DNA of 64,000 nucleotides, taken from the IMG/VR virus record IMGVR_UViG_3300029288_000059, positions 225,237-289,236 of that record; one strand, 5' to 3'. This stretch comes from a virus. Its lineage: Duplodnaviria; Heunggongvirae; Uroviricota; Caudoviricetes. Position 1 is the first letter of the stretch, and the number at the start of each line of letters is the position of its first letter. Made by a program: the position numbers and the translations under genes. A model generated the notes under the pieces. It was not told the DNA's origin. It ran no database searches and saw only the letters and a list, made by a program, of their open reading frames with translations. Of the stretch, positions 46,527 through 56,773 are shown piece by piece.

Positions 46527-48044
46527 ATGAAATCAGTACTAAAAAGAAATTACTCATTAAATCCATTAAAGATTGGTGAATTACCTGAATATGAAGACGT
46601 TAAGTATCTATACTTGACATTACTATTACCACTAAATGAAGTAATGGAAATATTTGGAATTAAACGGTCTAAATTAGATGATACCATTAAAAAGTATAAT
46701 TTAAGAAGAACATGGGAACAAAGAGTATATGTCACCCAACGCACCAATATGCAAAAGTATGGTTGTCTTAATCCATCAGGAACTCCTGAATTTAAAGAAC
46801 GAGTAAGACAAACCAGTTTAGAAAAGTATGGGGTTGATAACGTATCCAAATCAAAAGAAGTATTGGATAAAATTAAACAAACCAATTTAGAAAGGTTTGG
46901 GGTAGAATACGTAATGCAATCTAACGTTAATAAATTAAAAGCCAAACAAACATTTAAAGATAAGTATGGAGTCGCATCGCCGTTTCAAATTAAAGAAGTA
47001 CAGAACAAATATAAGGCTCAATGGGTTGAAACGTATGGTTGTTCACATCCCATGAAAAACAAAGAAGTTCAAAATAAATTAAAACAAACGTTCATTGAGA
47101 TATATGGAGTTGATAACCCAAATAAGAATGAAATAATTAAACAAAAAACTCATAATACTCGATGGCCATCTTACTTCAAACAAGTTAAAGATAGATGTAC
47201 TGATGTTGAATTTATGTTTAGTATTGATGATTATAAAGGGGTTAGTTATACTTATCCATTCAAATGCAATAAATGCGAAACTGAATTTACCAATACATTA
47301 GATGATGGAAGAACGCCCCAATGTCCAATTTGTCATCCTAAAGAACCCTATATTGCTAGCAAGCCTCAATTAGAAGTAATGAATTATGTTCAATCTTTAA
47401 TTCCTAATGTAGAAATTATTAAAGATACGAGAAAAGTAATCAGCCCATTAGAGTTAGATATTTACATACCAAGTATGAATATCGCTATTGAGTTTTGTGG
47501 TTTATTTTGGCACAGTAATAGAAATCTTCCTTATAATTACCATTATGAAAAGTATAAAATTTGTAAAGATATGGGTATTAGATTAATTACTTTATTTGAA
47601 GACGAATGGACTTATAATCAAGAAGTAGTTAAACATAAATTAAAAGAAGTTTTAAATTTATTACCTATCGTTGACGTATCTAATTGTACTATCATTAAAG
47701 ATATACTTGTTAATTCGTTCCTACAACGTCATTCATTTAATTCAAGTACATATACTAGTAATATAAGTATCCTACTGTATGGTGAAATAATAGGGGTTAT
47801 GTGGATAGATAACGGATACGTCTATTATTGTTCGAATTATAATATTATTGGATATGAAAAATTATATCATCAATTTAAGGGACATAATATAATAGTAGAC
47901 AATAGATGGGATATAGTACCGTCTAATAGTAAATTGCTATGTGAAGAAATTACGTTCGATTATACGAATTGTAATATAAGAACCTACATAGAATGTGAAT
48001 ATAGAATTTATAATTGTGGTATTCAAATCAGAAGTCTTGTTTAG
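46527..48044 (+). CDS. Hef-like homing endonuclease with N-terminal KYGV repeats and a Vsr-like PD-(D/E)xK core.
   Basis: Repeats such as QTSLEKYGVDNVSKSKEVLDKIKQTNLERFGVEY are present. The core reads PLELDIYIPSMNIAIEFCGLFWHS. It is a paralog of the 54849..56663 product. Confidence 0.6.
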   Translation: MKSVLKRNYSLNPLKIGELPEYEDVKYLYLTLLLPLNEVMEIFGIKRSKLDDTIKKYNLRRTWEQRVYVTQRTNMQKYGCLNPSGTPEFKERVRQTSLEKYGVDNVSKSKEVLDKIKQTNLERFGVEYVMQSNVNKLKAKQTFKDKYGVASPFQIKEVQNKYKAQWVETYGCSHPMKNKEVQNKLKQTFIEIYGVDNPNKNEIIKQKTHNTRWPSYFKQVKDRCTDVEFMFSIDDYKGVSYTYPFKCNKCETEFTNTLDDGRTPQCPICHPKEPYIASKPQLEVMNYVQSLIPNVEIIKDTRKVISPLELDIYIPSMNIAIEFCGLFWHSNRNLPYNYHYEKYKICKDMGIRLITLFEDEWTYNQEVVKHKLKEVLNLLPIVDVSNCTIIKDILVNSFLQRHSFNSSTYTSNISILLYGEIIGVMWIDNGYVYYCSNYNIIGYEKLYHQFKGHNIIVDNRWDIVPSNSKLLCEEITFDYTNCNIRTYIECEYRIYNCGIQIRSLV

Positions 48045-48081
48045 TCCAAATTCCTTGTAAATATACAGGGGAGGACATAAC

Positions 48082-48714
48082 ATGAATATAATTGATATAA
48101 CAGTTCCAGTTCAAACTGGAATGACTAATTGGCCGAATGTAATTGAACCCGAACTAACCATGATAAGTAAAATATCAAACGGTAGTTCTTGTAATTGTTC
48201 ATATCTATCTACGTTAGTACATAGTGGTACGCACATCGATGCCCCATTACATTGTATTGATAATAAATCATCTATAGACCAATTAGATTTAAATACATTA
48301 ATAGGTGAGGTATGGGTAGCGGATATTGGTGATGTACCAATGATTACCAAACAAGTATTAATAGATTCTAAACTCCCATCTAACGTTGAACGTATCTTAT
48401 TTAAAACCAATAATTCTAGTCTATGGAGTAATCCAAAACATGAGTTTAATAAATCATTTGTTGCCTTAACAAAAGATGCATCATCATACATAGTAGAACT
48501 GGGTATTAAATTGGTTGGAATAGATTATCTATCGATTCAATCGTATTATGATAGTAGCGGTATCCCTCATGAAATATTACTAGGGGCTAATGTCGTTATA
48601 TTAGAATGCATCAATCTACATGGAATAAAACAAGGATGGTACAAATTAATCTGTTTACCATTGCGGTTAGTTAATAGTGATGGAGCCCCAGCTAGGGCAA
48701 TATTGAGTTGGTGA
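48082..48714 (+). CDS. Cyclase-family protein (kynurenine formamidase-like).
   Basis: It contains the cyclase signature HSGTHIDAPLH. The RBS is GGGGAGGACATAACATG. Confidence 0.65.
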   Translation: MNIIDITVPVQTGMTNWPNVIEPELTMISKISNGSSCNCSYLSTLVHSGTHIDAPLHCIDNKSSIDQLDLNTLIGEVWVADIGDVPMITKQVLIDSKLPSNVERILFKTNNSSLWSNPKHEFNKSFVALTKDASSYIVELGIKLVGIDYLSIQSYYDSSGIPHEILLGANVVILECINLHGIKQGWYKLICLPLRLVNSDGAPARAILSW

Positions 48715-48716
48715 AG

Positions 48717-49004
48717 TTACAAAGTGAATGATGCTATCTGTTCACCAATATAATCCCAATCATCGTCCGTTAAATACTCATCGTTAATATTATTTGATAA
48801 TTCATTATAGGCAGCTGTAATCATGCCATTTCGTAAGTAGGTTATTAATGTATCTAACTTTTTTAACTCTATTGATATTTTTGAATCCGTTAAATTACTT
48901 TCATTTAAACGTGATAATATATAACAAACAACTCGTTCACCAAAACGAATTTTTCTTAATTCATTACTCATCTTTGTTTCGCGTGATACAATTTCATCTG
49001 TCAT
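48717..49004 (-). CDS. Hypothetical small protein.
   Basis: ORF of 95 aa. Confidence 0.4.
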   Translation of the reverse strand: MTDEIVSRETKMSNELRKIRFGERVVCYILSRLNESNLTDSKISIELKKLDTLITYLRNGMITAAYNELSNNINDEYLTDDDWDYIGEQIASFTL

Positions 49005-49005
49005 A

Positions 49006-49764
49006 TTAAAGTTCCGTAAATGTTAAACAAATAAGTGGATTACTTAATTGTGATATTTGTCCTGCTTGTGATACATCATTTTTAAATTGGACTCCAAAAA
49101 CAGTTCCTTGTCCAAAACTATTAGTACCAGTAACAATAGAAAAATTACTCGAATTAACAGGATATGAATATGTGGCGGGGTATGCGGTAGTACCAGTAAA
49201 CGTTGTATCCATCGGGATATTAAACTTTATTGTTTCTGTACTTCCACTATAAGTATGATTATAAAATCCTAATTCAATATATATAGCTCCTGCTGTTGGT
49301 CGATTAGTAAAAGTAGCACCACTAAAGATTATATTAGCAGTTGTTAATGCACAAGTATATGGTATAATACTTGGATAAACAGCAGAACTACTAAATCCTG
49401 AATAACTTCCACTCGGTGATGTACCCGGAAATGCATATAAAAATCCGGGTGTAAAAGCGGCTGATGCCTGTGAATGTACCATTATATTAAAACTTCGTTT
49501 AGTTGAAATTGTTGTCCAACCAGTATCATAATCAGTAGAACTATTCTTTATTAATACCTGTCCTGTTGTGCCACCAATCGGGACACCAACACCCGTATCA
49601 CCTTTACTAGCAGTATATGGCAAACTATTCCAATAAGTAATGCCATCACCCACCTTCATCTTATTAGTATTAGTTTCTACTCCTGCTTCACCCTTAGCCA
49701 ATAATGGATTAGCAGCAGTCCATTCTGTTGATGTACCATTACGTAATTGTATCTGTTGTGCCAT
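49006..49764 (-). CDS. Tail fiber protein with the conserved fiber N-terminus.
   Basis: IQLRNGTSTEWTAANPLLAKGEAGVETNTNKMKVGDGITYWNSLPY, followed by KGDTGVGVPIGGTTGQVLIKNSSTDYDTGW, is the classic prophage tail-fiber N-terminal motif. Confidence 0.6.
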   Translation of the reverse strand: MAQQIQLRNGTSTEWTAANPLLAKGEAGVETNTNKMKVGDGITYWNSLPYTASKGDTGVGVPIGGTTGQVLIKNSSTDYDTGWTTISTKRSFNIMVHSQASAAFTPGFLYAFPGTSPSGSYSGFSSSAVYPSIIPYTCALTTANIIFSGATFTNRPTAGAIYIELGFYNHTYSGSTETIKFNIPMDTTFTGTTAYPATYSYPVNSSNFSIVTGTNSFGQGTVFGVQFKNDVSQAGQISQLSNPLICLTFTEL

Positions 49765-50027
49765 TATGGAGTACCCCCATTAATACTAGTTGTTCCACCA
49801 TATACAGATACAGGAGTACCACCATCAATATTTTCAATAACAAGATTTGTTATCCATTCACCATTTACTTTTTGATATACTTTTGCGTCACTCGCCTTTA
49901 GTATAAACAAATCCCCATCATTACCTATAATTGATGTCGGTAGAATAGTTGATGTAATTATAGATGGCCCTTTTTTACCAATCTGAAATATATGGGACAA
50001 CGTACTTTTTATATTATATTTTTCCAT
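49764..50027 (-). CDS. Hypothetical small structural protein.
   Basis: A TAATG overlap links it to the fiber gene. Confidence 0.4.
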   Translation of the reverse strand: MEKYNIKSTLSHIFQIGKKGPSIITSTILPTSIIGNDGDLFILKASDAKVYQKVNGEWITNLVIENIDGGTPVSVYGGTTSINGGTP

Positions 50028-50086
50028 AACTAGTCCTATTTTAAAAATATATTTATACTTTAGGATTAAGTTACAGAATACTCAAT

Positions 50087-50117
50087 AAAAAAGGGTGGAA
50101 TTTAACCACCCTTTTTA
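50087..50117. terminator. Bidirectional terminator (stem AAAAAGGGTGG with its reverse complement CCACCCTTTTT, loop AATTTAA).
   Basis: It lies directly downstream of the sheath gene. Confidence 0.65.
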
Positions 50118-50120
50118 TTA

Positions 50121-53100
50121 TTAACTATTTGTCGTACTAGTAGTTAAACGCATTGGTATATAAATGTAATTAATCGATATACCTGGTGAGATTGCTAAGT
50201 CAATCCAAAGTTCATTCTTTTGGATTCGAGCCGAAGTATTATTAGTTGTATCTACCTGTACAACATAATCATATATGGCTTCTTTTTGAATTAAATCAAC
50301 CATAAATGAATCAATAGCGGCTTTAACATTATCGCGAGTACGTTTGTTATTAATTTCGAAGTAGTATGGTTCAACAATCTTTTCCAATCTACGTCTAATA
50401 TAACAAACCAATCGCCCAACGTTTTCTCTACTTAACGCTGAAGTCGAAGTAGATAACGACTTATCACCAAATATAACAATACCACTATCAGGAGAAGTTA
50501 TAATTGGATTAATACTTAAATCATACAATGTATCTTGTAAACCCGAACGTAATGCAACAGCTTTATATTCACCTTCGTCTGTCAAATAACCAACACTCGA
50601 TGCATTACTAACAATACCACGTCTAACACCTGCTGCACTTTTCCATGGATATGAAACAGAATCAGAATAGGCAATAGTACGTAATTTCATTGTAGATGGA
50701 GGAATCATTACATTATTACCACTGGTATCAGTCCCTAAACCCCAAAGATAACACATAGATGAATAATCATTGCGTGTAACACGCCCTACTTCACCATTTG
50801 AACTAGCTTCATAATAGTTATTTGCCCATTTAGTAATGGCAGTTGCGTCAGGTTTTAATCTACATGGTGTTTCAGTAATAGCAAATGATTGTTGTTTTCT
50901 ATCAATCTGTAATTCTACTAATTCATCAAACAGTTCTACATAACCAGGTGCAGCAAGTAAATCCATTTGATAGTATAATGAACGTATATCTTCATTATTA
51001 GTAATAACAGCGGACATAGCTTTTACTACCATTGCACGTTGTGCTTTACGATTCATATAAGCAGAACCATCTTCTGCATTACCACTTGCGTTAATCCATC
51101 TTGAAACAACGGGATTATTAGCCGTACCTGGATATGCAAATGTAGCAGAACTACCAACAGTAAAAGTAGAAGTTGTTGGTGTGAAATAATTACTATTATA
51201 TTTTTTAACATTCTGCGTAGAATAACGAGTATTGAACAATAATGTACCACTTGCATAAACACGTGGGTCAGGAGCATCAGGGTCAACATAATTCGAAATA
51301 ATTAAATCATCTGCTTTTGTTGAAAATGCAGTATGTGTTGAATTTGTATAGCTAGGACCTGAGTTAGAACGTGCATCGGCAAACACAATACCAAAAGGTG
51401 AAGTTTGGTCTGTCTTATTAATTGATTCCCAACTTGTAGACGAAGTAGAATAACGATATAACGCTGGATAGTTTTCTAAATCATCAGTATCAATCCATAA
51501 ATCACCATTTACTAGTGGTGTTCCATCCGATTGAGTTGTTGGTATGCTACTAGTTAATTGAACACCTACTGGGTCAATATTAGTATTATTGTTCTTTAAT
51601 GATTTCCATTCATTACCGTCATTAACCATTATATCTACTAAGTAGTCTGTGTTATACCATAATGTATCATTAACTGGTGGATTAACTGGGGCACTAATTG
51701 AATAAGTAGTATCCAATATTGTCCAATTCGAATACTCACCCGCTGAAATACCCAAACTTGATAATGGGGTTCCTGCTACGTTACTAAATCTAATAGCAGT
51801 ACCATCAGCTCGTTGGAACTGTATAGCCCCATTAGATTGTGCAACTACCAATCCACTAATATTAGCATCCTCAATATCATTAATAACACTATTAAGTGAT
51901 GTACCAGTAAAGGGAACATTCGTAGTAGTTACCACACCATTGACGGCAACTGTGATACCAATAGTATTACCAATCGACACTGTTGGGTTGGTTGTAGTGC
52001 CAGTAACCGTGAATGCACCATTAGTAGAATGTTTCAATATATACAAGTTCGCAATAGGTGAAGCAGAACCATCATACTGTACGAACAAACTATCTAATGA
52101 TAATGCAGTACCGTAATTAATTTCTGCTTCTATTGCACCTTTATATAAAGGAGTTGTTAATATTTTCCATTGTGATGCTTCAGTTGAATATTGTTTAACA
52201 ACATAATTTACACCAGAATTAACATCGGTTGTTTTTAACCATATTGAACCAACGGTTGTGCCAACTGGAATATTATAATGTTCTGCACAAAATAATTGAA
52301 CCCCACTAGTAGTTCCTTCTGTTAATCCCAACGAAGTTAATGCAGTACCACTAACATCAGCTAATACAATATTACCACCATCAGGATTAGTAATCTTTAA
52401 CGCCCCACCTGAATTAGATGCTACTATATTAAGAATACTTGCAGTATTAATATCAGTAACTGCAGATGCTACGTTAGTACCAGTTGACAATGTAACTGCT
52501 ATACCATTAATACTAATTACTGAACCACTACTATATGTGGCGGATGCCGTACCAGTAATAACAGTAGGTTTTGCGTCTGACCATTCATTACTACCAATTA
52601 AGTACCATGAACCACTTATTTTTTCATATAATTTTAATACGTTACTAACAACAACTAATGCAACATTACTATTAGAACCAAAACTTGCATTAGGGACATT
52701 AGATGTTAAATCTGATGTCGTTGGTATAACAACTGTTGCTTCGTCCCATGCCAGACCAGGAGTTGAATTACCATTAGCTCTAAAGATACCATAACTTGTA
52801 TTTGTTTCATCAAACCAATATGTACCGTTTGAAACGTTAGAACTTGGTTCAGTTGCTGATGCTTTTAATTGTTTAAGGTCAATATCACCACGAATAACAT
52901 AAGCAGTTGATGCTAAACCTAAATATGAATGTAATGCATGTAATCCATACTCATTTAATTCATCACCTTGTTTAATGGTTGAATTTTCTGTTTGGAATAT
53001 AGCAGTACCAAACTTTGTAATTGAATCCTTTTGTCCTGATACAACCATTAAGGTGTTTGAATTAGCCTTTGTTGTACCTTCAGCTACCGTACCATCGGAC

Positions 53101-53210
53101 AATAACTTATCTTGTTCGGTACATAATACAATTAAAGGAATAGTAGATGAACCACCTTCCGTTGTTGTAGTTTCGTCTGTTACCGTAATTTTTACATTAG
53201 GTGCGCTCAT
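50121..53210 (-). CDS. Tail sheath protein, gp18 family.
   Basis: Two regions match T4 gp18: the C-terminal ...ISPGISINYIYIPMRL (T4 has QPARSINYITLNFV), and GIVIFGDKSLS...ENVGRLVCYIRRRLE (T4 has GYVLYGDKTAT...FDRINVRRLFNML). It is 1029 aa. Confidence 0.8.
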   Translation of the reverse strand: MSAPNVKITVTDETTTTEGGSSTIPLIVLCTEQDKLLSDGTVAEGTTKANSNTLMVVSGQKDSITKFGTAIFQTENSTIKQGDELNEYGLHALHSYLGLASTAYVIRGDIDLKQLKASATEPSSNVSNGTYWFDETNTSYGIFRANGNSTPGLAWDEATVVIPTTSDLTSNVPNASFGSNSNVALVVVSNVLKLYEKISGSWYLIGSNEWSDAKPTVITGTASATYSSGSVISINGIAVTLSTGTNVASAVTDINTASILNIVASNSGGALKITNPDGGNIVLADVSGTALTSLGLTEGTTSGVQLFCAEHYNIPVGTTVGSIWLKTTDVNSGVNYVVKQYSTEASQWKILTTPLYKGAIEAEINYGTALSLDSLFVQYDGSASPIANLYILKHSTNGAFTVTGTTTNPTVSIGNTIGITVAVNGVVTTTNVPFTGTSLNSVINDIEDANISGLVVAQSNGAIQFQRADGTAIRFSNVAGTPLSSLGISAGEYSNWTILDTTYSISAPVNPPVNDTLWYNTDYLVDIMVNDGNEWKSLKNNNTNIDPVGVQLTSSIPTTQSDGTPLVNGDLWIDTDDLENYPALYRYSTSSTSWESINKTDQTSPFGIVFADARSNSGPSYTNSTHTAFSTKADDLIISNYVDPDAPDPRVYASGTLLFNTRYSTQNVKKYNSNYFTPTTSTFTVGSSATFAYPGTANNPVVSRWINASGNAEDGSAYMNRKAQRAMVVKAMSAVITNNEDIRSLYYQMDLLAAPGYVELFDELVELQIDRKQQSFAITETPCRLKPDATAITKWANNYYEASSNGEVGRVTRNDYSSMCYLWGLGTDTSGNNVMIPPSTMKLRTIAYSDSVSYPWKSAAGVRRGIVSNASSVGYLTDEGEYKAVALRSGLQDTLYDLSINPIITSPDSGIVIFGDKSLSTSTSALSRENVGRLVCYIRRRLEKIVEPYYFEINNKRTRDNVKAAIDSFMVDLIQKEAIYDYVVQVDTTNNTSARIQKNELWIDLAISPGISINYIYIPMRLTTSTTNS

Positions 53211-53250
53211 TATTAAACTCCTATTTAAAATATCTTAATACGTTATAGGA

Positions 53251-53258
53251 TATTTATA
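53251..53258 (-). promoter_or_regulatory. T4-type late promoter TATAAATA, about 40 nt upstream of the sheath gene.
   Basis: The reverse complement of tatttata gives TATAAATA. Confidence 0.5.
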
Positions 53259-53333
53259 GATTTAGTTTAATAATGAGGTTCAAATCAGTATTTTTATAAA
53301 TATAACAAATGTTTTTCTTTTGGAGTTTATATC

Positions 53334-53831
53334 ATGTCTAATAATAATTTTGTTAAATTACTTGAATCAAATTTGGAAAAATCCGAAATTGTATTAGCAG
53401 TTCAAAACATTGCAGATGAAATACAAAAGATGATTAAAAAATTAGGTGAAATTAAACTAGAAAACATCTCACCATTATCAGATAGAATTAAAGCGGTATA
53501 TGGTGTTAAGAGTGCCGAACAATTTACATCTTCTATATCAACTAATCTTGCTCAAGCCATCGAACAGTTATCATCAGTACGTGAAGAGATTAATACTAAA
53601 TCATTAGTATTATCGGGTGACGTTGCCGAATCAGATATGGAATCAGATTTAACTGAGCCAAGAGAAGATGAACATACAGATACTATACAACCAGAAGATA
53701 GAATTAGAAAAGAATCATTAGCCTATATATTAGATGGTAAAAAATACAAACGTTTATTTGAAACTGTTGATGAGATGAATCATTTTATTCTAAAGAACAA
53801 AATCACTAAATTTGTTGTAATAAAGGATTAA
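53334..53831 (+). CDS. Hypothetical acidic protein.
   Basis: ORF of 165 aa. Confidence 0.45.
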   Translation: MSNNNFVKLLESNLEKSEIVLAVQNIADEIQKMIKKLGEIKLENISPLSDRIKAVYGVKSAEQFTSSISTNLAQAIEQLSSVREEINTKSLVLSGDVAESDMESDLTEPREDEHTDTIQPEDRIRKESLAYILDGKKYKRLFETVDEMNHFILKNKITKFVVIKD

Positions 53832-53835
53832 TTTA

Positions 53836-54162
53836 ATGAATCTAGATTCCTTATTCGAAGATATTGATAATACTGTATCGCCAGAAATACAAATTATGTT
53901 GACGGATTATTTTATGATGTCGATGGAAAACGGAATGTCTACTATTCCATTAGATTCGGTTATAGAAGAAGTTAAGAAGAATACTAATATTGATATTAGA
54001 CCATCCGACTTAATCAATATACTATCTCATATACCAACAGTTAGTGATGTTAATAGTGAAGAAGTTACTTTATCCGACCAACGTCAAGATGATAACCCAA
54101 TAGCTAATAGTAAAGATAAAGTAACTGATATGGCTAAACAAAGAGCTAAGAAAATTGGTTGA
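53836..54162 (+). CDS. Hypothetical protein.
   Basis: ORF of 108 aa, coupled to the upstream gene. Confidence 0.45.
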   Translation: MNLDSLFEDIDNTVSPEIQIMLTDYFMMSMENGMSTIPLDSVIEEVKKNTNIDIRPSDLINILSHIPTVSDVNSEEVTLSDQRQDDNPIANSKDKVTDMAKQRAKKIG

Positions 54163-54303
54163 TATTTAACTTGAATAATAAGTAACGAACTTAAATTCAC
54201 CATTATCTTTCATTTCTCTAGACTTACCCGTTGAATGCTCTCCTTTACTAATTGTGTTAATTAACACGTGAATACTGGATAATAAGGGTTCGTCGTATAT
54301 AGC

Positions 54304-54786
54304 TCAATATACCGTTTCACGATTACCACTCCTATGAAATTCATACCACGCATTGGCTAATCTTGGTAATTTATTATTACCTAACAATAATAATTCGTAA
54401 GCAAATTTAATTACATTATATTCATCACTACTATTATATGAACCCTTAAATAATACGTCATGTTCGAATATATTATTCTGATATCTATGTAATAGGTAAT
54501 GTGCGATTCCTACTGCTATTGAAAACGACTTATATTCAATAGATTTATTTGAATTAATAGTTAATACCCAATTAGTATAATCATTTACTAACCGCAAACA
54601 TAAGTCATTACATGGTTCTAATTCTAATTTAATATTCAATATATCAACTAGTTTATATAAGTCAAGAATCCCATTAGTAAAACAATGTTCCGTATGTGCT
54701 AAATTAATAACATCAGTGGGACATGATAAACTCATATCATTATTTAGATTACTTGGTCGTTTCATACCCACTCTAATAGTTGCCAT
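54304..54786 (-). CDS. Hypothetical protein, 160 aa.
   Basis: No clear motif. A degenerate ImmA-like HxxxH (VGIAHYLLH) is present but lacks the glutamate. Confidence 0.4.
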   Translation of the reverse strand: MATIRVGMKRPSNLNNDMSLSCPTDVINLAHTEHCFTNGILDLYKLVDILNIKLELEPCNDLCLRLVNDYTNWVLTINSNKSIEYKSFSIAVGIAHYLLHRYQNNIFEHDVLFKGSYNSSDEYNVIKFAYELLLLGNNKLPRLANAWYEFHRSGNRETVY

Positions 54787-54848
54787 AATTTAATCCTTAC
54801 TAACCGGGTTAACGAGTTAACCCAGTATAATTAAATTAAACCAATATG

Positions 54849-56663
54849 TCAATGAGTAGCATATATGTACTTACTCTGTCCACAATCATAAATTTTAACA
54901 AAACTTTCATCTAGTTGTTTCCCTATTGAATACTGACGTGGATATCGATTATTAAGATTAGTCCAGTAAAACCCAAGACTACAACTCACATACTCAAACC
55001 CTAATTTGTTATATAAATCACCCGTACCCCATCTATTATCACAGTAACTCACTATTTCTTTTTCATTTGTTTGTTTTAGGAAATGTTTGAATAATTTACT
55101 AGCACCACCTATTACTGATGTACTACTACAAAATCTTAACAATTCAAAATACTTATATCTCTTACCAAATGACATAACTGCTACTAACTTATCATCAAAC
55201 ATCAATCCATAACAATATTGGCTAGATACATACCCTTGAATGTGATTCGTATTAATGAATGACTTTTCTTGCTCAACATCAACCCCAACAATCGTACATT
55301 TACGTGCATATACTTTATTTGATTTTTGTAATATATGTAATAGTCTTTGTTTAACAATATTCTGTTTATAAATCCATTCATCTTCAAATATAGTAATAAG
55401 TCTAATTCCTTTCTCTTTACATAGGTTATGTTTGTTTATGTGATAATTCTTATCCTTTTGTGGGATACTATGCCAATATAATCCACAATATTCTATTGCT
55501 ATATTCATACTAGGGATATAAATGTCTAACTCTAACGGTTTAATTTGTATCCTATCACTTTGAATGACTTCTATATTAACCAGTAGGGATTGGACGTAAT
55601 CATATACTTCGTTCTCGCCGTGACTTCTCATTAATGGATAACAATTATAACAACGTGGTAATTTTCCATCTTCTAAACTGGACATAAACTCATTACCGCA
55701 TTTCTTACATTTAAATGGATGTAAATTATAAACACCAGTATATTCATCTATTGTGAATAAGAAATCAACATTACTACAACGATTCTTTACTTGTTCAAAT
55801 AGTAATGGTTCACTTGTAATACGAACTTTGTTTTTGACTTCATCATTCTGCATTGGATGAATCGTACCATACTTTTCCATATTGGTTAAATTAGACTTGG
55901 ATTTTATACCTTCATTCTGTAATAGACATTCAGTCCCATACTTTTCTAAATTCGTATGTATCTTTTTATTATGTATTGCTTCATTTTGCATTGGATACTC
56001 ACAACCATACTTTACCATATTAGTACGTTTGATTTGTTCCTTGATATCTTCCCGTTGTAAGGAATATTCAACTCCATACTTTTCTATATTGGTTTGTTTA
56101 ATTCGGTCTTTAATTTTATCATTTTGTAATGGCGTATTCGTACCATATTTCGCATTACAGGTACGTTCTACCTTTTCCCTTATAATTGTAGCCTTACTAG
56201 GGTTATCCACGCCATACAACGTTATAAGCGTTTGTTTGCCCTTATCCCTTACTACTTGAGAGCTTAGTGATGATTCAACCCCATAATGTAATAAAGTAGT
56301 TTGTTTCTTTTTCTCTTTAATTGAAATAGATTGACTTGGATTATCCACTCCATATCGTTCTATATTAGTTTGTTTGATTTGTTCCTTAACTTCATCTGAT
56401 TTAAATGGATTATCTACACCATACTTTTTGATATTAGTTAGACGAGTGGATTCTAATACTTGCTCATTAGTTCTCTTTAAGCTATATGCCTTTATATAAC
56501 CACGTACCGTTCCCGTATCCCTTTTATTGAATATAATGCACATTTCCTGTACTGATAATAGTACATCAATGTAAAGATATTTAACATCTTCATATGTAGG
56601 CCATTCTCCATATTTTAATGGATATAAATCATAATCACGACTTAATTTATTTTTATCACACAT
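54849..56663 (-). CDS. Hef-like homing endonuclease, 604 aa, with KYGV repeats and a Vsr-like core.
   Basis: At least nine (K/R)..T..EKYGV.NP.Q repeats are present. The core reads PLELDIYIPSMNIAIEYCGLYWHS. Confidence 0.6.
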   Translation of the reverse strand: MCDKNKLSRDYDLYPLKYGEWPTYEDVKYLYIDVLLSVQEMCIIFNKRDTGTVRGYIKAYSLKRTNEQVLESTRLTNIKKYGVDNPFKSDEVKEQIKQTNIERYGVDNPSQSISIKEKKKQTTLLHYGVESSLSSQVVRDKGKQTLITLYGVDNPSKATIIREKVERTCNAKYGTNTPLQNDKIKDRIKQTNIEKYGVEYSLQREDIKEQIKRTNMVKYGCEYPMQNEAIHNKKIHTNLEKYGTECLLQNEGIKSKSNLTNMEKYGTIHPMQNDEVKNKVRITSEPLLFEQVKNRCSNVDFLFTIDEYTGVYNLHPFKCKKCGNEFMSSLEDGKLPRCYNCYPLMRSHGENEVYDYVQSLLVNIEVIQSDRIQIKPLELDIYIPSMNIAIEYCGLYWHSIPQKDKNYHINKHNLCKEKGIRLITIFEDEWIYKQNIVKQRLLHILQKSNKVYARKCTIVGVDVEQEKSFINTNHIQGYVSSQYCYGLMFDDKLVAVMSFGKRYKYFELLRFCSSTSVIGGASKLFKHFLKQTNEKEIVSYCDNRWGTGDLYNKLGFEYVSCSLGFYWTNLNNRYPRQYSIGKQLDESFVKIYDCGQSKYIYATH

Positions 56664-56719
56664 AATAGTGCCTTAAATTTATAACTAAATTACAGTATTA
56701 TAATTTTAAATTTTAGTCA

Positions 56720-56747
56720 ATAAAAAACCCTGTACGAATACAGGGTT
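56720..56747 (-). terminator. Rho-independent terminator downstream of the major capsid gene (AACCCTGTA-ttcg-TACAGGGTT followed by TTTTTTA on the minus strand).
   Basis: A 9-bp stem followed by a T-run on the coding strand. Confidence 0.7.
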
Positions 56748-56773
56748 CTCTATTTGTAGTAATACTTCTAATA

